Shown here one piece after another: positions 50,739 through 60,358 of a stretch of 64,000 nt of DNA. The DNA is from a virus. The notes under the pieces were generated by a model. That model was not told where the DNA came from. It was given only the letters and a program-made list of their open reading frames with translations, and made no database searches. Where the stretch lies: the IMG/VR virus record IMGVR_UViG_3300042350_001802, positions 63,228 to 127,227 of that record, one strand, 5' to 3'. Positions within the stretch are counted from its first letter, which is position 1. The number at the start of each line of letters is the position of its first letter. The position numbers were made by a program, and so were the translations under genes.

Positions 50739-51152
50739 TTATGATGTAATAATCTTTGGTGCTTCTACAGTTTCTAATTTAGTCATAAACTTATAGTAAT
50801 CAAAAGAATCTGCATTACCAGCGTGTGTTTTAATAAAGTTTACGATCTCATCTTTCTCATGAATAAAATATTCCCAAGGAGTTGACACTTGAACACGTTG
50901 TTGTTTAGTAACCTGCTTTAGTCCTCCCTTATCTTTATCTTTTACAGCGACTACACTCACCTCTCCATTCTCATCAAGTCTTTCCATCATTGTAAATGTA
51001 TCTCGTGTACTCTTGCTTAATACTGCAAGAGCTTCTAACTTTGGCATATAGATAGCTTCGTTAAATGGACAATCCATATTAACAGGCATTAATCCAAAAG
51101 TTTTCTCACCATTTGTAGCTGTAGTGTACAGCATCATGTTTTTTTCTCTCAT
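50739..51152 (-). CDS. Hypothetical protein of the replication module
   Basis: 137-aa ORF tightly packed in the operon. Confidence 0.6.
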   Translation of the reverse strand: MREKNMMLYTTATNGEKTFGLMPVNMDCPFNEAIYMPKLEALAVLSKSTRDTFTMMERLDENGEVSVVAVKDKDKGGLKQVTKQQRVQVSTPWEYFIHEKDEIVNFIKTHAGNADSFDYYKFMTKLETVEAPKIITS

Positions 51153-51154
51153 GT

Positions 51155-51736
51155 TTACTTGTTTAAATTTAGGGATGACAAATCTACGTTAATTGGGGAT
51201 GTTTTCAAAGTTTCTTTTTCTAAATCAGGTTTGTCTATTAGCTCTTTACCATCCTTAAGAATATCCACTGATATATTTAAAAGCTCAGCGTAGTCGTTAT
51301 AATGTTCAGAAGGATATAAATAGGAAGTAATATAGTCGTAAGTGACAGTTCCAGACTTATAAAAAGACAGTATCTCGTTTTTAATTGTTGGAAGAAACTT
51401 TGAATAAGACCCTTTCATAAAGTCATCCCATGTGGTCTTGTACTTTGCGTCATTGAATGTAAATAAGTAAATGCACGTACCATCTTCAAGCTCATAGTAA
51501 TTGATAAATCTAGGATGTTTTAGAAGATACTGCTTTTCAAGTTCTTGATCTATAGGAGATACAAACTTTTTATATTTACAAACAAGAGTATACTCTTCAT
51601 TAGGACTATTGCTCCAAGAGACATATGTGCTAATTGGTAGTAGTTTCTTGGAGATCTTAAGCAAGGGATACAAAAAGAACATGGATTTCTGAAAGTACCC
51701 CTTGTTTAAGTTTTTTATTTTACTACGCTTCTCCAT
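51155..51736 (-). CDS. Hypothetical protein of the replication module
   Basis: 193-aa ORF with an FMKGSYSKF motif, between the nuclease and polymerase genes. Confidence 0.6.
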   Translation of the reverse strand: MEKRSKIKNLNKGYFQKSMFFLYPLLKISKKLLPISTYVSWSNSPNEEYTLVCKYKKFVSPIDQELEKQYLLKHPRFINYYELEDGTCIYLFTFNDAKYKTTWDDFMKGSYSKFLPTIKNEILSFYKSGTVTYDYITSYLYPSEHYNDYAELLNISVDILKDGKELIDKPDLEKETLKTSPINVDLSSLNLNK

Positions 51737-51744
51737 AGTGGTGT

Positions 51745-52806
51745 TTATAGGACCACCTCTCCTTTTACAAAGTCATAAGGCAGAGTGTAGTCTTTGTTAG
51801 TGTAATGATAATCTGCCTTCAAAAGTACAGATTGTAACTCAGATGTCCAATTTTTCATTGTTGCTGAGGATACAATAAAGGGATACATCTGCAGATTTTT
51901 ATCTATAACAATAAATCTGAACTCTACTTTGTAACCCTTACGTATTAACTCTTCGTACTTACTAACAACAAGAAGATTATATATAGCTGCCTGAAGATCA
52001 TAACGATAGAACTTAATAGACTCAGGAAAATCTTTAAGTGTTTTACTTGTAGTCTTGATATCATTAATGCGGATCACTCCATTACCTGGATCAATAACCA
52101 GATTATCAATCATACCCTTAAGACCAAATTCAAACTTCTTAAGTTCCATATCTACCTTAACCTCGTTATAAGACTCTACAGTTGTCCACCATTCTTCTTT
52201 ACTATTAGCGTTAATCAACTGACAAATCTCTTTGTTTTCTTTAATCCTTTCAACTATTGCTTTGCATCTTTCGTATGTATCAAAATCAACATAGGTTTTT
52301 CCTTCGCTATTACGTAAGAAGTTCCAATAGTTTACAGTTTCTGCTGTCAGCATTTTTTCTATACGCTGCTCATCAGTCTTGAGAGTTTGATAGAGATTGA
52401 TATCTTTTAAGACATCAATGATAGCATTTGCATGGTCTGCTAGATTAGGTTTATCTTCTGCACCATTAGCAACAAGTTCTTTGTTGTGTGCATACACTCT
52501 ATCAACCACAGCTTTAGCATTATCGCTAGGAAGCTTAGTAGTGGATAGTATAAACTGCTCCTCAAACTTTTCAGGTTCTAACAGTAGAGCGTGTATCACT
52601 TTACCTTCTGTAAGATAGGACTCTAGTTTCTCTTCTTTATCACCTAGCACATATTCTTTATAGAATACTTCTGGACAATAGAGAAGCTTATTTAAACTAC
52701 TATACGAGAAATAGAACTTCTTTTCGTAGAAGCTATTCTCCTGTAATACTGTAGAAGGATTAAAACCTTCTACAAATTGTTCTGTTGTAATTGTTCCTGT
52801 TTTCAT
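51745..52806 (-). CDS. PD-(D/E)xK exonuclease (RecE/Cas4-like)
   Basis: FSYSSL, GKVIHALLLE, KGMIDNL, INDIKTT and YDLQAAIY motifs; likely start MKTG at 52806. Confidence 0.85.
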   Translation of the reverse strand: MKTGTITTEQFVEGFNPSTVLQENSFYEKKFYFSYSSLNKLLYCPEVFYKEYVLGDKEEKLESYLTEGKVIHALLLEPEKFEEQFILSTTKLPSDNAKAVVDRVYAHNKELVANGAEDKPNLADHANAIIDVLKDINLYQTLKTDEQRIEKMLTAETVNYWNFLRNSEGKTYVDFDTYERCKAIVERIKENKEICQLINANSKEEWWTTVESYNEVKVDMELKKFEFGLKGMIDNLVIDPGNGVIRINDIKTTSKTLKDFPESIKFYRYDLQAAIYNLLVVSKYEELIRKGYKVEFRFIVIDKNLQMYPFIVSSATMKNWTSELQSVLLKADYHYTNKDYTLPYDFVKGEVVL

Positions 52807-52807
52807 A

Positions 52808-52984
52808 TTAATCCCAGTCATCAATGTTTTCTGCTTCGTTAAAAGCTAAATAAAATGTAGATCCGTCAATAAGGTCAAGGTAGATGCACCCGGTAGGGTC
52901 ACATTCTACTTTAACTACGTTTTCAATATCAAAGGGAACATCCAGAAACTTTTTGATGTTATCCCAAAATAGTTGCTCTGTCAT
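52808..52984 (-). CDS. 58-aa acidic hypothetical protein (absent from the ORF track)
   Basis: Manual translation MTEQLFWDNIKKFLDVPFDIENVVKVECDPTGCIYLDLIDGSTFYLAFNEAENIDDWD; fills the gap with an ATGA overlap. Confidence 0.6.
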   Translation of the reverse strand: MTEQLFWDNIKKFLDVPFDIENVVKVECDPTGCIYLDLIDGSTFYLAFNEAENIDDWD

Positions 52985-53163
52985 GAGTTTTCAATTTTGT
53001 TCCATACTTCTTTTCTTTCTAAAAATGTACGGATGCGATCTGCTGTATTTTTATCTGTAGTGAGAGCTTCAGTCATTGCTAAAAAATCATGTAGCTCATC
53101 TATTTCCCTACTTATGTCTTTTAACTTAAGTAGGATTCTTTCAAGTTTTTCTTTGTTCATCAT
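52981..53163 (-). CDS. Small helical hypothetical protein
   Basis: 60-aa ORF in the operon. Confidence 0.55.
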   Translation of the reverse strand: MMNKEKLERILLKLKDISREIDELHDFLAMTEALTTDKNTADRIRTFLERKEVWNKIENS

Positions 53164-53169
53164 GTTTGA

Positions 53170-53397
53170 TTATTTAAAAGGTGGTGGTTTAAGATTTTCT
53201 CCTGTTGATGGATTACCATATACACGTATATCATTTTGATCTACTGTGCGAAGTTCTCCAGTCTTATATATTCTGACTATAAATTGTGGGTTAGAATGTA
53301 TAGATCCTGCTATCATAAATACAGCAACTCCATATCCTAATCCTTTTACCTCAACATCAAATGGATTGAGGATTTCATGGATGCTTTGTACTATCAT
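53170..53397 (-). CDS. Small hypothetical protein
   Basis: Probable start MIVQSIHE at 53397; beta-rich; ends GNPSTGENLKPPPFK. Confidence 0.55.
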   Translation of the reverse strand: MIVQSIHEILNPFDVEVKGLGYGVAVFMIAGSIHSNPQFIVRIYKTGELRTVDQNDIRVYGNPSTGENLKPPPFK

Positions 53398-53779
53398 CCT
53401 TTTCTTGTTTTGTTTTTTTATCGTGACATTTGGAACATAAAACTTGTAACCCATCAATCTCACAGAATAATCTTTCTACAAATCCGGGAAGATCATTAGC
53501 ACAGCGTAGAGTACCTGCAGGGGTAATGTGATCAACATTTACATGTTTATCAGGAAACCATTGTTGACACTGCTTACACTGGTATTCAAACTTCTGACGC
53601 TTGTTAGGTCCTTTATATGGACGACGAGCTTTTAGTTTGCACTGTGTAATAGGTTTCCACCATCTAGACTTTTGACGGAGAGCACTTCGGATAAAACTCC
53701 AAAATGCAGACTCCGTCATAGTACCAGAATTACGAGGTTTAGCTACTCGTGGTTTCTTTATCTTCCTTCTCTTTGTCAT
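53375..53779 (-). CDS. HNH endonuclease
   Basis: CKQC...VDHITP...LQVLCSKCHDKKT. Confidence 0.8.
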   Translation of the reverse strand: MTKRRKIKKPRVAKPRNSGTMTESAFWSFIRSALRQKSRWWKPITQCKLKARRPYKGPNKRQKFEYQCKQCQQWFPDKHVNVDHITPAGTLRCANDLPGFVERLFCEIDGLQVLCSKCHDKKTKQEKDDSTKHP

Positions 53780-54762
53780 GAATTATTAAGCTTCTTGTTT
53801 ATTAAAGGTACAAGTTTTTTCTTTACTATATCTGGTCCGTGCGCTTTGACAGCATCCGCCACATCTTTCTCAAGATCAAAATACACATAGTCAATATCAT
53901 AAAGTTCTTTGTATTTTTTCATAGCTGCTATCCCTGCTTCATCGTTATCAAACAAACTAAGGATTGTTTTATACTTTTTCTTAAACTCTTCCATTACAAT
54001 CTCTTTGATTATTGTATTCTCTGAGTCAGGAACTATAAAGCTGCATTTTATTCCTAATGACTTCATTACCATTGTATCTTTAAGACTAGATGCTATTATA
54101 AGACAATGTCCTTCTTCTAATTGGTCAGATCCTTGTAGATAATCTTTGATCTTTATAAACTTATGCTCCTTTACATTCGGTTGATATATTTTGTATAAAG
54201 TACCTTCAGCAGTAAAGTAACCATATAATAGTAATCCCTTAATTTCTAAACTCTTAAGCTCACCGTCTTCTTCTTTAGACATTGTATAGCTTTCTAAGGG
54301 TTTTATATTATATCGCTCAAGTAATAAAGATGAGATATTAAACTGAGACCAGAATTTTTGATCGCGTGCGGTCCATTTTCTTATTTTATGACTAGTAACT
54401 TTAAACCTACTTCTCACCTTAAATTCGGTAATCTTATGAGCATCACCATTATTTAGGAGAATGTAATTGTTATAGTCTTCTATAATCTTTTCTCTAGCTG
54501 TGTGGTAGTCTATAGAAAATAGTTCTTGAACAAGCTTTATTGGACCACCACCCTTACCTGTAGAGAAGTCTTTAAATACATACTTATTAGTCTTCTCAAA
54601 TACGTAGATGCACATACTAGGTGTCTTATCTTTTGAATTAAACACCGAGTTGATCTTAATGCTTTGTCCTGTAAGTTTTTCTGTAAGCTTACAGTAGTGT
54701 TCAAACATCCACGTATCCGGAACATTTTTACATGTTTGTAAAAGATATTTCGTGGATAGCAT
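53776..54762 (-). CDS. dnaG: DNA primase (crAss-type DnaG/TOPRIM)
   Basis: DKTPS...FKDFSTGKGG N-terminus; SSLKD, DSEN, FDNDEAG and KDVAD motifs. Confidence 0.85.
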   Translation of the reverse strand: MLSTKYLLQTCKNVPDTWMFEHYCKLTEKLTGQSIKINSVFNSKDKTPSMCIYVFEKTNKYVFKDFSTGKGGGPIKLVQELFSIDYHTAREKIIEDYNNYILLNNGDAHKITEFKVRSRFKVTSHKIRKWTARDQKFWSQFNISSLLLERYNIKPLESYTMSKEEDGELKSLEIKGLLLYGYFTAEGTLYKIYQPNVKEHKFIKIKDYLQGSDQLEEGHCLIIASSLKDTMVMKSLGIKCSFIVPDSENTIIKEIVMEEFKKKYKTILSLFDNDEAGIAAMKKYKELYDIDYVYFDLEKDVADAVKAHGPDIVKKKLVPLINKKLNNS

Positions 54763-54765
54763 AGA

Positions 54766-54797
54766 CAAAATAGGGGTGAGAAACTCCCACCCCTTTT
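54766..54797 (-). terminator. Rho-independent terminator
   Basis: On the - strand, ggggtgggag-ttt-ctcacccc followed by tattttg. Confidence 0.7.
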
Positions 54798-54815
54798 GTT
54801 TTAAATGTTAATGTA

Positions 54816-55511
54816 TTAGAGTTCGAATCCTGTTGGTTTCCAGTTTTCTGATTTAGAAGCTGCTGGAGCATCCCAACCTGATACAGGTTCATCTGCTTTC
54901 TTTGTATCATCTTGCACATGTTTTTCATATGCAAACTTTGTTACAGCATCTGCTTTTTCTAGTGGTGCAAAATTAACTGTAGATACTGATCTATCATATT
55001 TTGGCAGATAGAGGGTATAATCTTTGTTACCATCATCTTTCAGATATGCAGAACCACCAATGCACCAGTTTAGAAATACTCCGTTATTAAGAAACTTTGA
55101 TGCAGCTGCTACAAAATCTTCAATGCTCTCAGATTCGATATTATCAATTTCAGTTCTTACACCTAATGCTTCTGCTAAAGAAACAATGTCACGTAAAATC
55201 TGACGGTCTCTTGAAACAGGGTAACCAGATTTAGTTACCATATCTTTATATGAGTATTGTGAGAACTTAACGCGTGCCACTTGACCTTTTGCACGACCTA
55301 GTTCAGGTTTCTCTGAGTTATAATAAAACCCTTCAAACTCTGGACCTAGATCTTCTCCTTCTAGATTCATTATAAGAAACAATGCATCGGGGTTAGACTT
55401 TTGTTGCTGAACAAATATGCTGTTCACTTTAGCTTTAATGTTGCTAGGTCTAAAAATTTTGGGTGTCTTACCACCACTTTTCTGTGTTTGGATGTCCTTT
55501 GTTGTTAACAT
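54816..55511 (-). CDS. Putative ssDNA-binding / replication accessory protein
   Basis: Beta-rich N-terminus and a flexible C-tail ending in FEL; lies between the AAA ATPase and primase (inference). Confidence 0.4.
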   Translation of the reverse strand: MLTTKDIQTQKSGGKTPKIFRPSNIKAKVNSIFVQQQKSNPDALFLIMNLEGEDLGPEFEGFYYNSEKPELGRAKGQVARVKFSQYSYKDMVTKSGYPVSRDRQILRDIVSLAEALGVRTEIDNIESESIEDFVAAASKFLNNGVFLNWCIGGSAYLKDDGNKDYTLYLPKYDRSVSTVNFAPLEKADAVTKFAYEKHVQDDTKKADEPVSGWDAPAASKSENWKPTGFEL

Positions 55512-55532
55512 GATTGATAGTTTATAAAGTTA

Positions 55533-56216
55533 TTAATTCTCATAAGCAATGATTGCTTCTCTTACAAATTGCAAATCGTTTGGAATCTCGAAGGTAGTAA
55601 ACATACCCTTTGGACTTTTACAGGTGTTCTCGCTATTATTCTGCGTCTCAAATACATAACGTAACTCTCCTTCTTTATTCTTCTTCACTTTGCCGAACAA
55701 AACTATGGAAAATAATCCTTCCAACGTCAACTTTTCGTCAACCATTTTTCCAATAGTTTTTGCTTTCACCCTACGCTTACCTTCTAGGTCAGTAGATTCT
55801 TCAGCGTGTGTAAGATAGAATACCATAAGATCGTCACGCATTAAAATAGGAAGCTTTGCAATGTGAGCTAGAGCAGCACCCATCTGGGTAAACTTCTCAT
55901 AACCTTTCTCGCTAGCTCTTCCAAAATATTCAAATGCACTCATATACTGAAAGTCATCAATAACAATGTTCTTAATCTCTTTACGCTCATTGTTAATAAT
56001 CTTCAGAACTGCTTCAATATCAGCAGGTTTTGATACAGCTGCTACATTACCTTTCTTGGTGGCAATGTCAAATTGCGTGTACTTTTTCTTCCATCCTTTA
56101 AACGGAAGAGGTTTGTTTGCTACGTTGATGATAAATGTTTCTTCTGGTTTCAGATTCTCAATCGAGGTAGACTTACCCGATCCAGACTCTGCGATGATGA
56201 GGATACTTTGTGCCAT
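55533..56216 (-). CDS. AAA ATPase (AAA_24/Sak4-like)
   Basis: AESGSGKST Walker A, IVIDD Walker B, LTH and KSPKGMF motifs. Confidence 0.85.
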   Translation of the reverse strand: MAQSILIIAESGSGKSTSIENLKPEETFIINVANKPLPFKGWKKKYTQFDIATKKGNVAAVSKPADIEAVLKIINNERKEIKNIVIDDFQYMSAFEYFGRASEKGYEKFTQMGAALAHIAKLPILMRDDLMVFYLTHAEESTDLEGKRRVKAKTIGKMVDEKLTLEGLFSIVLFGKVKKNKEGELRYVFETQNNSENTCKSPKGMFTTFEIPNDLQFVREAIIAYEN

Positions 56217-56218
56217 TG

Positions 56219-56764
56219 TTATTGTTTATTTGATTTTTTGATGAGATCATTTAACCACTGCTTATTACTCTCTGGAACACGTAAGTCAATACAAGCTCTA
56301 TCTCTTGCTGTTAACTCAGAATAGTGACAGTCAGGATATTCTTCATCTGTTGGTTGTGGTAATTCTATGTTTTGACTACTTGTACTTTTAGATTCTTTTG
56401 GTACATCTACAAGGATGAGAGTATCAAGAGGAACTAGATAGCGATCAGCTCCTGACTTCTGTAAATGATTAACATATGCTTGTTTATAATCTGCTCTATA
56501 CGGAAGATAATAAAGTGTAGGTTCAGTGTTCAGAGGTAGGTTATCACCATCTGTTAACTCAATGTACACACCTTCTGTCTTTGTTAATTCTGAGTCAAAC
56601 ATTCCTACAACCAGTTCAGATACTATTCTGTCCGTAGGGATGTACGCCATCTTAATCTTAAAGAATGGCGGTTCCATAAATCCTAATCGTTTAAAGTTGT
56701 CCATATTCCTTTCTCTAAGGATGGACTCTGCTACTTTTCTTTCCATTTTGTTTTGTGTTTTCAT
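56219..56764 (-). CDS. Hypothetical protein of the replication module
   Basis: 181 aa; C-terminal LTARDRACIDLRVPESNKQWLNDLI motif. Confidence 0.6.
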   Translation of the reverse strand: MKTQNKMERKVAESILRERNMDNFKRLGFMEPPFFKIKMAYIPTDRIVSELVVGMFDSELTKTEGVYIELTDGDNLPLNTEPTLYYLPYRADYKQAYVNHLQKSGADRYLVPLDTLILVDVPKESKSTSSQNIELPQPTDEEYPDCHYSELTARDRACIDLRVPESNKQWLNDLIKKSNKQ

Positions 56765-56772
56765 TTTGATGT

Positions 56773-57717
56773 TTATTTGGGTCTTATTGCTGTTGGTGGA
56801 GCATCCATATCATATATCATCATACGATCAAATTCTGCACGCATAAAGGATAACTGATTAGATTCTCCGTGTCTATTTTTTAAATAGTGTACTACTAAAG
56901 TTGATTTATCTCTTATTGTATACTTGAGTGGACCATATTGTGTAAGACCGTGTTTGAATGGATTGTTAATTCCAAGAACAAGATCTGCGTGTTGCAACAA
57001 TGCATCACCTCCATATATATCTGAATCAAGTAGGTAGTTACCAAAAGTTCCAGGTTTTAATCTTTCAACACTTTCACAATCTCTATTGAGCTGTGTCAGG
57101 ACTATAAAGATAACCTTAAATCTCTTAAGTTCCGTCATCATTTTGGATAAATTATGAAGAGTTTCAAAACTATCCTTTTCTGATGCATCCTTTCTCACCA
57201 AAATAGAGTGATCTATAGTGACAATCAAGGGTTTATTAAAGTCTATTAAAGCTTGTTCTATATCCTTACGTATCTGCTTTACAGATCCGGGTTGTTCTAT
57301 GATATAGATGTCTTTATTCTTATTGTTTTCTACATAACTAAGTACTGCTTGCACTTCTGCATCGCTCACCTCATCAAACACGCTGGCAAGTTTTGTAGAC
57401 TGTACTCCTGTTTTTGCAGAAAACTCTCGCATTGCTGTATGCTTTGCTAACATTTCAAATTGAAAGTCTAACACTGCAAAGTCTTGATCTGGATTAAGTT
57501 TATGTGCTTCTCTTGTTATAAGATTAGCAAGCATTGTTTTACCACCCCCAGGTCTACCACCTATTACAATAATGTTGTTCCATTCTAATCCGTTAAATGT
57601 TGCACGATTCATTTTTTCCCAAGGAGTCTTGATGCTTTTTTCTTCACCGCTTCTCCTCTTATGAATGTAATCAATTGCACTACTATAAGCTTCACTAATG
57701 TGTATCCTTTTGCTCAT
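56773..57717 (-). CDS. dnaB: Replicative helicase (DnaB C-terminal domain only)
   Basis: GGRPGGGKT, FQFEM, TIDH, LTQLNR, ADLVL and KNRHG motifs. Confidence 0.9.
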   Translation of the reverse strand: MSKRIHISEAYSSAIDYIHKRRSGEEKSIKTPWEKMNRATFNGLEWNNIIVIGGRPGGGKTMLANLITREAHKLNPDQDFAVLDFQFEMLAKHTAMREFSAKTGVQSTKLASVFDEVSDAEVQAVLSYVENNKNKDIYIIEQPGSVKQIRKDIEQALIDFNKPLIVTIDHSILVRKDASEKDSFETLHNLSKMMTELKRFKVIFIVLTQLNRDCESVERLKPGTFGNYLLDSDIYGGDALLQHADLVLGINNPFKHGLTQYGPLKYTIRDKSTLVVHYLKNRHGESNQLSFMRAEFDRMMIYDMDAPPTAIRPK

Positions 57718-57910
57718 CTTTTTCGTCTGGTTCTATTCCTGTTAATTTATATACAAATATAAGGCAATGTGACATACCAAGTATCGATATTTCTATAAGT
57801 ATATACTTGATAAATCCAATATCAATAATCAAAAAATCTACAAGTTTCCAGTTTATAATTGAGAAAAGGATAGATATAATCAATCTGTGTATCCACTCTG
57901 GTAGTCTCAT
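57695..57910 (-). CDS. Small two-helix membrane protein
   Basis: 71 aa with two hydrophobic stretches. Confidence 0.5.
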   Translation of the reverse strand: MRLPEWIHRLIISILFSIINWKLVDFLIIDIGFIKYILIEISILGMSHCLIFVYKLTGIEPDEKDEQKDTH

Positions 57911-58495
57911 TTATAATACTTTATGGGTTTCTACACTTGTTGGTATATGATCATCACCTTCTTTTATCATATCACAATAAGATGCTAATGTGGATATAAC
58001 TATGTTCTTTTCTGTTTTTGCTATAAAGTAACCAGATGTCTTCATATACTTATAAGACTGAGCTTCATATTCTGATACATACTTTTTAGCAGCTTTGATA
58101 ATAGTATCCCAGTCATAATCGTAGTTTAAATGAAACCACAAGAACTTCTTTTCCAACTCCTTTACAGGGACTCTTGATGGGTATCCTGAAGGTAACATAC
58201 CTTTTGGAAATACCTCTCTATATTCTTTTACTCTTTCGAGTTCATCATCTGAAAGTTTCACATTACGTGTAACCTTCCCAGCAGAAGACTTAAACGTTGC
58301 TTCAAACTTTTCTACCACTTCAACTGCTTTGTTAGTCAGCTTGCTGTCTTGTATATATCCTGTTGACTCTAACTTCTTTAGCTCATACTGCAAAGTGGGA
58401 ATCTTTGGAATTTGTTTGTGGTAGATAGAAAGGAGTGTATAAAACTCATTAGGTGTCAGATTTAGGTTTGTTATGTAATCAAACAGCATCAACAT
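57911..58495 (-). CDS. Replisome organiser / replication initiator-like protein
   Basis: N-terminal winged-helix-like segment, then EYREVFPK...IIKAAKKYV...YMKTSGYFI; upstream of DnaB. Confidence 0.55.
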   Translation of the reverse strand: MLMLFDYITNLNLTPNEFYTLLSIYHKQIPKIPTLQYELKKLESTGYIQDSKLTNKAVEVVEKFEATFKSSAGKVTRNVKLSDDELERVKEYREVFPKGMLPSGYPSRVPVKELEKKFLWFHLNYDYDWDTIIKAAKKYVSEYEAQSYKYMKTSGYFIAKTEKNIVISTLASYCDMIKEGDDHIPTSVETHKVL

Positions 58496-58943
58496 GTTGT
58501 TCTTTATTTAAAGCGTCAAAAATAATTTTGTAAAAGTTCCTGAATCTTTCATCAGTCTCCAGCAGTTGATCTGCTCTTTTGTTCATATGAAGAATACTTG
58601 TGTGATCACGTTTGATATGTCTAGCTACAGCAACCAGACTAAATCCCAACACTTTACAAGCAATGTGACAAAATACACATCTCACTTCTACATACTCTCC
58701 TTTTCTTGAGTTGGTTCTCATTGGGTTTTTGTCCAAAGGAATTGGGACCACTTTCAGTAAATTGTTTTCTAAAATATCAAGACTAATTATCTTATTGATT
58801 GGTCCATTTTCCAAGTAGGACATCTTAAGATTCTCAATTTTGATAGTTGCGTGCATACCAGTTTTTTCAAATAGTTCCTCTATAAAAGCTTTGCTCATCT
58901 TATAAGCAAGTCTTTGTTGGTACTCTTTGGTCGAAAGCATCAT
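58479..58943 (-). CDS. Protein with a DnaA C-terminal (domain IV) helix-turn-helix
   Basis: SRKGEYVEVR...FSLVAVARHIKRDHTSILH matches the DnaA-CTD RDHTT signature. Confidence 0.75.
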   Translation of the reverse strand: MMLSTKEYQQRLAYKMSKAFIEELFEKTGMHATIKIENLKMSYLENGPINKIISLDILENNLLKVVPIPLDKNPMRTNSRKGEYVEVRCVFCHIACKVLGFSLVAVARHIKRDHTSILHMNKRADQLLETDERFRNFYKIIFDALNKEQHVDAV

Positions 58944-58989
58944 AAATGCAGAAGGTTTAGGGGTTAATACATTGAAGATTCCAAAAAAA

Positions 58990-59009
58990 TCGTTATATTA
59001 TACTGTAGA
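58990..59009 (+). promoter_or_regulatory. Putative phage late promoter (tcgttatattatactgtaga)
   Basis: Matches 2255-2274 and 18210-18228; upstream of the lysis cassette. Confidence 0.5.
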
Positions 59010-59044
59010 GTATGCTCTGCATACACTATGTATATTTATATAGA

Positions 59045-59075
59045 CGAAGGTACAGAATCAATGAAATATTTACAA
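59045..59075 (-). promoter_or_regulatory. Putative Bacteroidota sigma-A-type promoter for the replication operon
   Basis: The - strand reads TTG-N20-TACCTTCG, one mismatch from the -33/-7 consensus TTG...TAnnTTTG. Confidence 0.45.
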
Positions 59076-59192
59076 GTAATTCACAAAATATTTTTAAAGA
59101 ACCATAACCTGTTGAATATAAGTGGGTTAGAGGTTGCTGTCCTGTCTATGGTTAAATGTTTCACCGCATAATGCGCTAAAACCCCATGGATT

Positions 59193-59519
59193 ATGTCCCA
59201 GCAAGATATCGCTACTAAACTAAAAATATGGCTGTTCCCGTCCCTAGTAACGATCTTAGGGACACTTATATGGAGAGATGTATCAGAAATGAAATCTGAT
59301 ATAAAATCACTGTTAGCACAATCAAATGTTGATAAGACAAGAATTGATAATTTAGAAAGAATGGTTTATAACAACGATAAAACAGCTATGTTGTTGGAAA
59401 CCAACCCGTTAGGAGAAGAACCTAAAGAAAATAATTCATATTACGCATCTAAAGACTTGATTATCAATGACAGCAAAAAGAAAAAGTTCAAAATCTACCT
59501 TAAAAGAGTCACTTCTTAA
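59193..59519 (+). CDS. Membrane-anchored coiled-coil protein (holin/antiholin-like)
   Basis: One N-terminal TM segment followed by a coiled coil; first gene of the lysis cassette. Confidence 0.45.
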   Translation: MSQQDIATKLKIWLFPSLVTILGTLIWRDVSEMKSDIKSLLAQSNVDKTRIDNLERMVYNNDKTAMLLETNPLGEEPKENNSYYASKDLIINDSKKKKFKIYLKRVTS

Positions 59520-60132
59520 TCACTTGAAGGGTAATATCCATAACCTAATAGTGATTGTACTGATTCTTTTGGTACTACTACAACGATGTAATGATCCTAA
59601 ACCACCTGGTACACCCACTGTAGTTCGTGATACAGTATGGGTGGTAAAGGATTCTACTATTTATTCTAGACCGCAGATTATTAAAACTATTCCTATAGAT
59701 GTTCCACGTGAAACAATCATCAAAGAATATCTACCCGATACTAACTATAATGCACTATTAAAACAATACGAAAGTGTTGTAAATGAACTACTTGCGAAGA
59801 ACATCCAACGAGATAGTATATCTGTAGATTCAATCGGATACGTTAAAATTACAGATACAGTGCAGAAAAATATGGTGGTTGGTAGATCCACCCAGGTGAA
59901 TGTAAAGTATCCTATTATAAAGGAAACAATCACCTTACCTGCTCCTAAGACGAGACAGGTGTATGCTGGAGGTCAGATCTCAGGTAATTCTGCAGAACTG
60001 ATTAATGGTATAAACGCAGGTTTGCTCTTGAAGAACAAGAGAGACCAAATATATGGTGTAACAATAGGACTAAATACTAATGGACAAGTGTCCTATGGTT
60101 TACAGTCCTATTGGAAAATTAAACTGAAATAA
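59467..60132 (+). CDS. Putative spanin-like lipoprotein/membrane protein
   Basis: Hydrophobic stretch ending LLQRC, RDTVWV/DTV repeats, and a beta-stranded C-terminus ending YWKIKLK. Confidence 0.5.
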   Translation: MTAKRKSSKSTLKESLLNHLKGNIHNLIVIVLILLVLLQRCNDPKPPGTPTVVRDTVWVVKDSTIYSRPQIIKTIPIDVPRETIIKEYLPDTNYNALLKQYESVVNELLAKNIQRDSISVDSIGYVKITDTVQKNMVVGRSTQVNVKYPIIKETITLPAPKTRQVYAGGQISGNSAELINGINAGLLLKNKRDQIYGVTIGLNTNGQVSYGLQSYWKIKLK

Positions 60133-60133
60133 T

Positions 60134-60358
60134 ATGAAGTTCGGATTCAAACACTACTTTGCTCCTACTCCTAAGCGCTTGCGCGTTATGGGTGATAGTC
60201 TTGCAGCAGCTGGTACTTTTGGTGCTAGCATTGTCATTATGAATGGACATCCTTTAGCAGGAACCATTATTATGGTGGTAGCAGTGCTTGGTAAGTTCAT
60301 TTCTAACTTCTTCACTGAAGAAACTATCGAGGTTAAACCTTCAAAGAAAAAGAAATGA
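60134..60358 (+). CDS. Putative holin
   Basis: 74 aa, two TM helices and a basic C-tail; overlaps the endolysin start. Confidence 0.6.
   Translation: MKFGFKHYFAPTPKRLRVMGDSLAAAGTFGASIVIMNGHPLAGTIIMVVAVLGKFISNFFTEETIEVKPSKKKK

Noticed and set aside
51745-52806. Cas4-like nuclease as evidence of a CRISPR system
   Set aside because: No array, cas genes or Fe-S cysteine cluster; it sits in a standard replication context.
48804-57717. Introns or inteins in the polymerase, primase or helicase
   Set aside because: The genes are compact with contiguous motifs. The HNH gene is free-standing after a complete primase.
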